A DNA stretch of 64,000 nucleotides from Malacoraja senta (Eukaryota). A model generated the notes under the pieces. It saw only the letters and a list, made by a program, of their open reading frames with translations. It was not told the origin of the DNA and did no database searches. The DNA is taken from assembly GCA_038087875.1 (NCBI GenBank), contig CM075992.1, forward strand, positions 8,434,001 to 8,498,000. The letters are read 5' to 3'. Made by a program: the position numbers and the translations under genes. Positions 47,061-58,100 of this stretch are shown here, one piece after another. Position 1 is the first letter of the stretch, and the number at the start of each line of letters is the position of its first letter.

Positions 47061-48115
47061 TTAGCGTCATGTTCAGCCCAGACACTGTGGGTCTATTCTC
47101 GTGCTGTTCTGTTCTATGGTCACCCTCAAACCATTTCCTTGCAGCATGACCTGAGCCACAAAGGAAATCAGTAAAGGGTTTTTAACGTCGTGCTTGTACA
47201 CAACCATGTGTGAAACAACAGAAGACCACCTGACAGTGGTCTCTGCGTCAAGTGCAAAACAAGACCGACTGACAACACTTTGGGAAATGGCCGGGTTGGG
47301 ACAAGTCTGCTAAAGTTTAAAACAAAAGACACAAAAGTGCTGGAGTAACTAAACGGGTCAAACAGCATCTCTGGAGAACATGGATAGTTGACGTTTCAGG
47401 TCAGAACCCTTCTTCAGAGTCTGAAGAAGGATCCTGACCTGAAACCTCACCTATCCATGTTCTCCAGAGATGCTGCCTGAGTCTGGTGAAGGGTCTCGAC
47501 CCGAAACATTATTGATTCCTTCTCTCCAGAGATACTGCCTATCCCGTTGAGTTACTCCAGCACTTTGTGTTTTTTGATAGTAAACCAGCATCTGCAGTTC
47601 CTTGTTTCTACATTCTTTGATAGAAACATAGAAACAAAGAAAATAGGTGCAGGAGTCGGCCATTCGGCCCTTCAGGCCAGCACCGCCATTCAATATGATC
47701 ATGGCTGATCATCCAGAATCAGTACCCCAGTTCCTGCTTTCTCCCCATACCCCTTGATTCCATTAGCCCTCGAGAGTTATATCTAACTCTGTCTTGAAAA
47801 CAACCAGTGAATTGGCCTCCACTGCCTTGATGATGTTGGCTGCTTTTCCGAGACACCGTGAAGTGTAGATGCAGTCAATGGTGGGGATAGACACAAAGTG
47901 CTGGAGTAACTCAGCGGGTCAGGCAGCATCTTTGGAGAAAAGGAATAGGTGACGTTTTGGCTCGGAGCCTTGCTTCAGACCCAATGGTGGGGAGTCTGGT
48001 CTGTGCGATTGACTGGGCTACATCCACACCTCTCTGCAATTTATTGCGGTCTTGGGCAGAGCTGTTCCCAAACCAAGCTGTATTGCAACCAACTGTCTGC
48101 TTTCCATGGTACATA

Positions 48116-49705
48116 CAGTGGCTTGCAAAAGTATTCATACCCCTTGAACTTTTCCACATTTTGTCACGTTACAACCACAAACGTAAATGTATTTTATTGG
48201 GATTTTATGTGATAGACCAACACAAAGTGGCGCATAATTGTGAAGTGGAAGGAAAATTATACATGGTTTTCAAATTTTTTTACAAATAAAAATCTGAAAA
48301 GTGTCGCGTGCAAAAGTATTCAGCCCCCTTTACTCTGATACCCCTAAATAAAATCCAGTGCAACCAATTGCCTTCAGAAGTCACCTAATTAGTAAATAGA
48401 GTCCACTTGTGTGTAATCTGATCTCAGTATAAATACAGCTGTTCTGTGAAGGCCTCAGAGGTTTGTTAGAGGCCCAAGGAACACACCAGACAGGTCAGGG
48501 ATAAAGTTGTGGAGAAGTTTAAAGCAGGGTTAGGTTATAAACAAATATCCCAAGCTTTGAACATCTCACGGAGCACTGTTCAATCCATCATCCGAAAATG
48601 GAAAGAGTATGGCACAACTGCAAACCTACCAAGACATGGCCGTCCACCTAAACTGACAGGCCAGGCAAGGAGAGCATTGATCAGAGAAGCAGCCAAGAGG
48701 CCCATGGTAACTCTGGAGGAGCTGCAGAGATCCACAGCTCAGGTGGGAGAATCTGTCCACAGGACAACTATTAGTCGTGCACTCCACAAATCGGGCCTTT
48801 ATGGAAGAGTGGCAAGAAGAAAGCCATTGTTGAAAAAAAGCCATAAGAAGTCCCGTTTGCAGTTTGCCACAAGCCATGTGGGGGACACAGTAAACATGTG
48901 GAGGAAGGTGCTCTGGTCAGATGAGACCAAAATTGAAGTTTTTGGCCTAAATGCAAAACGCTATGTGTGGCGCAAACCTAACACTGCACATCACCCTGAA
49001 CACACCATCCCCACTGTGAAACATGGTGGTGGCAGCATCATGCTGTGGGTTTGCTTTTCTTCAGCAGGGACAGGGAAGCTGGTCAGAGTTAATGGGAAGA
49101 TGGATGGAGCCAAATACAGGGCAATCTTGGAAGAAAACCTGTTAGAGTCTGCAAAAGACTTGAGACTGGGGCGGAGGTTCACCTTCCAGCAGGACAACGA
49201 CCCTAAACATACAGCCAGAGCTACAATGGAATGGTTTAGATCAAAGCATATTCATGTGTTAGAATGGCCCAGTCAAAGTCCAGACCTAAATCCAATTGTG
49301 AATCTCTGGCAAGACTTGAAAATTGCTGTTCACAGACGCTCTCCATCCAATCTGACTGAGCTTGAGCTATTTTGCAAAGAAGAATGGGCAAAAATTTCAG
49401 TCTCTAGATGTGCAAAGCTGGTAGAGACATACCCCCAAAAGACTTGCAGCTGTAATTGCAGCGAAAGGTGGTTCTACAAAGTATTGACTCAGGGGGGCTG
49501 AATACTTTTGCACGCAACACTTTTCAGTTTTTTATTTGTAAAACAATTTGAAAACCATGTATCATTTTCCTTCCACTTCACAATTATGCACCACTTTGTG
49601 TTGGTCTATCACATAAAATCCCAATAAAATACATTTACGTTTGTGGTTGTAACGTGACAAAATGTGGAAAAGTTCAAGGGGTATGAATACTTTTGCAAGC
49701 CAATG
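48116..49705 (+). mobile_element. Tc1/mariner DD34E transposon, IR/DR type, Passport-like; inactive copy
   Basis: TA TSD (48114-15, 49706-07). TIRs of about 210 bp start CAGTGGCTTGCAAAAGTATTCA and carry an inner GCAAAAGTATTCA repeat. The transposase has GRPPK, WSDETK, FQQDNDPKH and SPDLNPI. Confidence 0.96.
48472..49487 (+). pseudogene. Tc1 transposase: start codon missing, catalytic E replaced by V, +1 frameshift near the C-terminus
   Basis: Reads PKEHTRQVRDKVVEKFKAG... with no ATG. D(34)V, GTG at 49298-49300. Removing one C from the C-run at ~49432-49436 restores YPKRLAAVIAAKGGSTKY*. Confidence 0.9.
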
Positions 49706-50691
49706 TATGTGGAAGTTTGCTAGAGGCACTGGAGACATACTGGCCACACACAGTCTCCTGAGAAAGTAGAGGCATTGGTGTACCTTCTTGGTTATTGCTT
49801 CAATGTACTTGTTCCATGATAGTGCAGTGTCACAGGAGCCTACAGCAACATACCATAAGTTCATAAGTGATAGCAGCAGAATAAGGCCATTCGGCCAATC
49901 AATTCTACTCTATTCAATCATGGCTGATCTATCTCTCCCTCCTATCCCCATTCTCCTGCCTTCTCCCCATAACCCCTGACACCCACACTAATCAAGAATA
50001 TGTCAATCTCCACCTTAAAAATATCCATTGACAGCCTCCACAGCCGTCTGTGGCAAAGAATTCCACAGATTCACCACCCTGTGACTAAAGAGATTCCTCC
50101 TCATCTCATTCCTAAAGGAACGTCCTTTCATTCTGAGGATGTGGCCTCTACTCCTAGACTTTCCCACTAGTGGAAACATCCTTTCCACATCCACTCTATC
50201 CAAGCCTTTCACTATTTGGTAAGATTCAATGTGGTCCCCCCTCATCCATTGAAACTCCACCGAGTACAGGCCCAGTGTTGTCACGCTCATTATACATGAA
50301 GCTACTCATTCCTGGGATCATTCTTGTAAACCTCCTCTGGAACCCTCTCCTACACCAGAACATCCTTCAAACCTTGATTAGTACGGGTGTCGGAGGTTAT
50401 GTGGAGAAGGCAGGAGAATGGGGTTAGGAGGGAGAGATAGATTAGCCAATGATTGAATGGCGGAATAGACTTGATGGGCTGAATGGCCTGATTCTACTCC
50501 AATCACTTATAACCTGATGACCAAACCTGTATGTATTTGTAGAGCAGAGTAATGGAGGCAAATCGTGTAGGAATTACAGATGCTGGTTTACACTGAAGAT
50601 AGATACAAAATGCTGGAGTAACTCAGCGGGACAGGCAGCATCTCTGGAGAGAAGGAATGGGTGATGTTTCGAGTCAAGACCCTTCTGCAGA

Positions 50692-50719
50692 CTGAAGAAG
50701 GGTCTCGACCCGAAACGTC
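50692..50719 (+). ncRNA. Minimal hammerhead ribozyme motif, next to an inverted degenerate copy
   Basis: CTGAAGA-A-GGGTCTCGACCC-GAAACGTC; inverted copy at ~50662-50690. Confidence 0.65.
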
Positions 50720-50957
50720 ACTCATTCCTTCTCTCCAGGGGAGAGGGAAACGAGAGATATGGAAGGCTAAGGTGTGAAAATGATAGATCAAAACAGATGA
50801 TGGCCCAGGGAGTGTACAATGGTTTCGGGTCGTGACCTTTCTTCAGACTCACAGGCAGATCCACAGGAGAGGGAAGGGGAGGGGAATAGCAATCTCACGG
50901 CAGGAGGGGGAATGAAGCTGTTCACGGGGGCTCTCGATGGGCCCAGAGCCCAGGAGG

Positions 50958-51482
50958 TAGGTTTGCCAACTGTCCCGTATTAGCCGGGACATCCTGTATA
51001 TTGGGCTAAATTGGTTTGTCCCGTACGGGACCACCCTTGTCCCGTATTTGACTGTTACTACTCGGGTCGAGGGGACTGTCAGGTCGGAGCGCCGCGTCCG
51101 ACCCCGCCTCACTGGTCCCGACGTAGTGCAGCCCATGGAGTGCAGCAGCAGCTCCTCGCCCGTGGCCCCGTCGGTCGGCAGCCCGGCCAGCTGTCCAACC
51201 ATCTGATGTTCGCTTACCGCCGACACCACCACCCCTCCTTCTCATGGCCGATCATCGGTTCGTGAGTTGGATGGGGTGCCGGACTTTGCGCGCGATGTCG
51301 CGCGGCCCGGGCCAAAACTCCTCAGCTGGCCCGCCGGCTGGGCTTTGTGTGCAGTCCAGCACCCGGGCCAACTCATCATTCACCCAGCCACGGTCAAGTC
51401 GGTCAACGAAATGCCGTCGGGAATTTGTCCCTTATTTTGACCTTTTGTCCCTTATTTGGGAGTGAGAAAGTTGGCAACCCTA
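50958..51482 (+). mobile_element. hAT-type MITE, copy 5
   Basis: Same TIRs; TSD CCAGGAGG/GCAGGGGG. Confidence 0.85.
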
Positions 51483-54400
51483 GCAGGGGGTGAGCGGTAG
51501 ATGTGATTGCTTGTCTGTCAGAGAGGAGGAAGTAAAGATTAGCATCCAGCTAAACCACAGGCCAGCATCGGAGCAGCGCAAGTCAATGTCTTGTTGGGAG
51601 AGTGTCAGGCCTCGACCCACACCACTCATGTCAGGCCTCACAAAGCCCAGAAATGTGCGGTTGATAAAGGTCCCCACACACCAGTCATCGCCCTTTTCCT
51701 GTAGGAAGGAACTGCAGATGCTGGTTTAAACCGAAGATGGACACAAAAAGCTGGAGTAACTCAGCGGGACAGGCAGCATCTCTGTCCCCAGCTTTTTGTG
51801 TCTGCCCTTATCTTGTATCTGTACACTGCTAACATTGTAATCATGTGTTGGCTTTCGGCTGGCTGGTTAGCACGCAACAAAAGCTTTTCACTGTACTTCG
51901 GTTCAAGTGACAATAAACTAAACTCAACTAGTCGTACAGCATAGAAACAGACCCTTAGGCCCAACTTGCTTACGCCGACCAAGATGCCTCATCTACACTA
52001 GTCTCACCTGCCCGCGTTTGGCCCATATCCCCCTAAACCTGTCCCATCCATGTACTTGTCCCAATGCCTTTTAAATATTGTGACAGTCCCTGCCTCAACT
52101 ACCTCCTCCGACAGCTCGTTCCACACACCCACCACCCTCTGTGTGAAAAGAAATCCCCTCTGTTTCCTATTAAATCACTTTAAAACTATGTCCTCTGGTG
52201 CACGGTGGGGCAGCAGTAGAGTTGCTGCCTCACAGCGGCAGAGACCCAGGTTCGATCCTGACTACAGGTGCTGTCCCGGGATGGCGGGACTGTCAGATGC
52301 TGAGAGAATGGAGCGGCTGGGCTTGTACACTCTGGAGTTTAGAAAGATGAGAGGAGATCTTATTGAAACATATAAGATTGTTAAGAGCTTGGACACGCTA
52401 GAGGCAGGAAACATGTTCCCGATGTTGGGGGAGTCCAGAACCAGGGGCCACAGTTTAAGAATAAGGGGTAAGCCATTTAGAACGGAGACGAGGAAACACT
52501 TTTTCCTCACAGAGAGTTGTGAGTCGGTGGAATTCTCTGCCTCAGAGGGCGGTGGAGGCAGGTTCTCTGGATACTTTCAAGAGAGAGCTAGATAGGGCTC
52601 TTAAAGATAACAGAGTCTGGGGATATGGGGAGAAGGCAGGAACGGGGTACTGATTGGGGATGATCAGCCATGATCACATTGAATGACGGTGTTGGCTCGA
52701 AGGGCCTACTCCTGCACCTATTGTCTATTGTGCTGTCTGTACAGAGATTGCACGTTCTCCCTGTGACTACGTGGGTTTTCTCCGGGTGCTCCGGTTTCCT
52801 CCCACACTCCATAGACGTGCAGGTTTGTCGGTTAACTGGCCTCTGTAAATTGTCCCTAGTGTGTAGGTCAGAGCTAGTGTCCGGGTGATCGCTGGTTGAC
52901 GTGGGCTGAAGGGCCTGCATCTCTAAACTGAATTAAATTTAGCTAAACAAACAGCAATGGGCCCAGCGCCAATCTCTGAGGCACACCGCTAGTCACAGGC
53001 CTCCAGTCCGAAACAAGGAACTGCAGATGCTGGCTTACAAAAAAAGGACATAAAATATCCTGACATAAAATGGCAGCAAAGAAAAACACACCAAGAACTT
53101 CATCTAACAGTGGCAACAAGCTGGTCAATTAACTCTATGGAACACAAAGTGCTGGAGTAACCAAGCAGGTCAGACTGCATCTCTGGGGAATATGGGGAGA
53201 TGATGTTTCAGGTCTGGACCCCTCTTCCGACTTGAAACATCATCTATCGGGGCAGCACGGTGGCGCAGCGGTAGAGTTGCTGCCTCACAGCGCCAGAGAC
53301 CCGGGTACGATCCTGACTACGGGTGCTGCCTGTACTGAGTTTGTACGTTCTCCCCGTGACCTGTGAGATTCTCTGTTCCCTCCCACACTCCAAAGACGTA
53401 CAGGTTAATTGGCTTGGTATAAGTCTAAATTGTCCCTGGTGTGTAGGGTAGTGTTAGTGTGCGGGGATCGCTGGTGAAGCGCGGACACGGTGGGCCAAAG
53501 GGCCTGCTTCCGCGCTGTATCTCTAAACTAAACTAAACTTAAAAGGGTTGCCATTAACATGGTGGGCGAAAGGGCCTGTTCCTGTGTTGAATATGATTCC
53601 AGTCTACCAGTCTGAAGAAGGGCCCCGAGCTGAAACATCACCTCTCCATTCCCTGCATAGGTGCTGCCTGACCCTCTGACCCAGCTCTGTGTGTTTTGCT
53701 CCAGTCCTCGACTCCAGTCCAAGTTTTCATTGCTACCTAATGTTCCCTTTCACAATGAAAGTTAATTCCTACAAGTTTGGAATCTTATTTTTGGTACAAC
53801 TAAAAACAATGAACACTTCCTGGCTTTCCCATGTTCACGGAAAGGTCACAACGTATTCAGCCGCCGAGCCCTCCGACTAGTTCCACAGCCCGATACTTGA
53901 GACTTTAGAGACACATGTGCAGAAACAGGCCCTTCAGCCCACCGAGTCCACGCCGACCAGCGATCACCCTGCACCCTAGCACCATGGACAATTTACAATT
54001 TTACCGAAGCCAATCAACCTACAAACTCGCACGTCTTTAGAGGGTGATCGGAGAGCGGAGCACCCGGAGAAAACCCACGTGGTCACGGGGAGAACGTACA
54101 AACCAGAGATGCTGTCTGACCCGTTGAGTTACTCCAGCACTCTGTTTCCTTCCAGGAAGCTAATTCTACATCCAGCCAACTCGCTCTCTTAAGATCCCAT
54201 GCGATCTAGCTTTGCAGAGCAGCTTAGCATGCATGTCAGAAAGGCAGTGGTGAGCTTACAGGCAAATGGAATGAACGCTGAAAATGCTGTTAATCAGATA
54301 AGGTTGTATGAAGCGAGAGCCTGCTTCATTCTGGGTTTGCTGCAGGGGCTTGTGGTTCAATATTACATCTGCAGAAATTAGGTGAAGTGTGAAAACTTCA

Positions 54401-54529
54401 CTGGCATTTAGCTAACCCTAACAAACACTTGGCTATACTTTGCACAGACATAATCCAACCTGCAGCCAGGCAAGGCTGTAGCTCACTCCCACCACCGGAC
54501 ATCTTCACACAGTCAAAACAGACACAAAC

Positions 54530-55150
54530 AAGAGGAATCGAATACAGGAGCAAAGAGGTCCTTCTGCAGTTGTACAGAGCCCTAGTGAGACCACACCTGG
54601 AGTATTGTGTGCAGTTTTGGTCCCCTAATTTGAGGAAGGACATTCTGGCTTTTGGAGGGAGTGCAGCGTAGGTTTACAAGGTTAATTCCCGGGATGGCGG
54701 GACTGTCATATGCTGAGAGAATGGAGCAGCTGGGCTTGTACACTCTGGAGTTTAGAAGGATGAGAGGGTATCTCATTGAAACATATAAGATTGTTAAGGG
54801 TTCGGACACGCTAGAGGCAGGAAACATGTTCCCGATGTTGGGGGAATCCAGAACCAGGGGCCACAGTTTAAGAATAAGGAGTAAGCCATTTAGAACGGAG
54901 ACGAGGAAACATTTTTCTCTCAGAGAGTTGTGAGTCTGTGGAATTCTCTGCCTCAGAGGGCGGTGGAGGCAGGTTCTCTGGATACTTTCAAGAGAGCTAG
55001 ATAGGGCTCTTAAAAATAGCGGAGTCAGGAGATATGGGGAGAAGGCAGGAACGGGGTACTGATTGGGATGATCAGCCATGATCACATTGAATGGCGGTGC
55101 TGGCTCGAAGGGCCAAATGGCCTACTCCTGCACCTATTGTCTATTGTCTA
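54530..55150 (+). mobile_element. CR1/HER1-like LINE 3' fragment, example (others ~13678-13945, 23360-23720, 24860-25368, 30865-31270, 32385-32800, 35245-35745, 42400-42875, 49855-50345, 52275-52730, 58128-58607, 59950-60430)
   Basis: [19 protein letters not shown]...[17 protein letters not shown]...LGLYTLEFRRMRG: the CR1 ORF2 C-terminus, then 3' UTR and short-repeat tail. Confidence 0.9.
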
Positions 55151-58100
55151 ACTCAGCGGGACAGGCAGCATCTCTGGAGAGAAGGAATGGGTGATGGTTT
55201 CGGGACGAGACCCTTCATCACACAGTGAGCAGGGGGAACAGTTGTGTTAACTCTCAGCCAAACAGATTAAAGAAATAATCAGCGACCAGGACAAAGTAAT
55301 TAGATCAAAGCTCTTTTGTAATGACATCAGCTGGGCCCGCACCTTGTAGATCATAGTGTTGTAGACTGATACGGTGTGGAAACAGGCCCTTCGGCCCAAC
55401 TTGCCTACGTCGACCAACATGTCCCAGCTACACTATTCCCACCTGCCCGGGTGTGGCCCATATCCCTCTAAACCTGTCCTATCCATGTACCTGTCTAAAT
55501 GTTTCTTAAATGTTGCGACAGTCCCAGCCTCAGCTACCTCCTCTGGCAGCTCATTCCATACACCCACCACCCTTTTGAGTGAAAAAATTACCCCTCAGGT
55601 TCCTATTAAATCTTTTTCCCCCTCACTTTAAACCTGTGCCCTCTGGTTCTCAATTCCCCTACTCCAGGCAAGGAACTCTGTGCATCTACCCGATCTATTC
55701 CTTTCATGATTTTGTACACCACGAAAAGATCACCCTCATCCTCCTGCCCTCCAAGGAATAGCCCTAGCCTGCTGTAGCCAGTCCATCTCACAGACCAGAC
55801 GCCCCACCATCGACTCCATCTACACTTCACGCTGCCTCGGAAAAAGCAGTCAACGTAATCAAAGTCTGAAGAAGGATCCCGACCCGAAACATCACCCATC
55901 CTTTTTCTCCGGAGATGCTGCCTGACCCACTGAGTTGCTCCAGCACTTTGTGTCTTTCTTCAACACAATCAAAGGCTTGTCCCACCCTGGTCATTCCTTC
56001 TTCTCCCCGCTCCCGTCTGGCAGAAGATACAGAAGCTTGAAAGCGCGCACCACCAGACTCAGGAACAGCTTCTTCCCCTCTGTTATCAGGCTTCTGAACG
56101 GTCCTTCCATAAGCTAGGGTACTGTCCCATTCACCTCTACCCCATTGCGGACATTGGACTTTGTTCTGTGGAACTGATGCGCTACAATGCTGAGAACTAT
56201 ATTCTGCACTCTGTATCTTCCCCTTTGCTCTACCTACTGTACTGGAGTTTAATGGTTGTAATTATGTATGGTACATCTAATCTGTTTGGATAGCGTGCAA
56301 AACAACAGCTTTTCACTGTAGCTCAGTACAAGTGACACTAATGAATCTAAACCTGAAAATATGAGGAAGAATTAAAACATTTCAAAGAATTCTTTACATG
56401 TAAAAAGCAAAAAATTATAAAAATCACTGGCACTAAACCAAAAAACAATTGGCCGTGAAATGTGGAAACCAGGAACTGCAGATGCTGTTTTTTGAGTGGC
56501 ATGGTGGCACAGCGGTAGAGTTGCTGTCAATACTGCACCAGAGAACTGGGCTCGACCCTTCCTCCTTGCTCTCCCGATGATAGTTGATTTTACTTGATTG
56601 TATTTATGTAGGGAATATTTGATCTGCTTGTAGAGCTTGCAAAATAAAGGCCTTCACTGTACCTCAGTATAGATTCAATATGCAGCACGGTGGCGCAGCG
56701 TAGAGTTGCTGCCTTACTGCATCAAAGGTCGGGTTCGATCCCGACTACGGGTGCTGTAGGGGTACTGATTGGGGATGATCACATTGATCTATTGTCTATA
56801 ACATGGCATACTCTCCGTACAGGGTTAATTGGCTTCTGTAAATTGTCCCTAGTGTGTGTAGGATGGTGCTGGTGTTACAGTGGGGGAAACAGTCTTCATC
56901 AGTCAGAGAGTTGTGAGTCTGAGGAATTCTCTGCCTCAGAGGCCGGTTCTCTGGATACTTTCAAGAGAGAGCTAGATAGGGCTCTTCAAGATAGCGGAGT
57001 CAGGGGATATGGGGAGAAGGCAGGAACGGGGTACTGATTGTGGATGATCAGCCATGATCACATTGAATTGCGGTGCTGGCTCAAAGGGCCGAATGGCCTA
57101 CTCCTGCTCCTATTGTCTATTGTCCTCCCACACTCCTAAAACATACAAGTTTGCGGGTTAATTGGCTTCGGTAAAATTTGTACATTGTCCCTAGTGCGTA
57201 GAATAGTTTTGTTTAGTTTATTGTCACGTGTACAGAGGTACAGTGAAAAGCTTTTTGTTGTGGGCTATCCAGTCAGCGGAAAGACCATACATGATTATAA
57301 TTTGAGCTGTATATCTTACAGCACAGATACACAGGAATACAGGATAAAGGAAATAATGTTTTGTGAAAGATAAATTCCACTAAAGTCTAGTAAAGTTCGT
57401 ACGTTCTCCTGTGACCTGCGTGGGTTTCCTCCGGGTGCTCCGGTTTCCTCCCACACTCCAAAGACGTGCAGGTTTGTAGGTTAATTGGCTTCTGTAAATT
57501 GTCCCTAGTGTGTGTAGGATAGAACTAGTGTGAATGGGCGGTTAATGGTCGGTGTCGACTAGTTGAGTCAAAGGCTTGTTTCCACCCTACATTTCTAAAC
57601 TCAACTAAAACAAACCATAATAAACAACAAAAAGTACCTTCAATTTAAAAAAGTGTAGTGCAAAAATAAAAACAGAGCCCAATTTCAAAAAGTACCTTGA
57701 GTTTACTGTGCACTGTATCTTGGTTTACATAACTCTGTGTCTGTTACGCTGTGATAATAGAATCATGTCAGACAGCGTTGGAACAGGCCCCAGCGAACAA
57801 CATGTCCCAGCTACACTAGTCCCACCTGCCTGTGTTTGGCCCATATCCCTCCAAACCTGTTTTTTCCATGTACCTATCTAACTGTTCCATAAATGTTGGG
57901 ATAGTCCCAGCCTCAACTACCCTCCTCTGGCAGCTTGTTCCATACACCCACCACCCTTTGTGTGAAAAAGTTACCTCTCAAATTCCTATTAAATCGTTTC
58001 CCCTTCATCTTGAACCTATGTCCTCTGGTCCTCGATTCACCTACTCTGGGCTAGAGACTCTACCCGATCTATTCCTCTCATGATTTAATGCACCTCTATA

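Noticed and set aside
48509..49501. Active 330-aa transposase
   Set aside because: No ATG, the third catalytic residue is Val, and the C-terminus is frameshifted.
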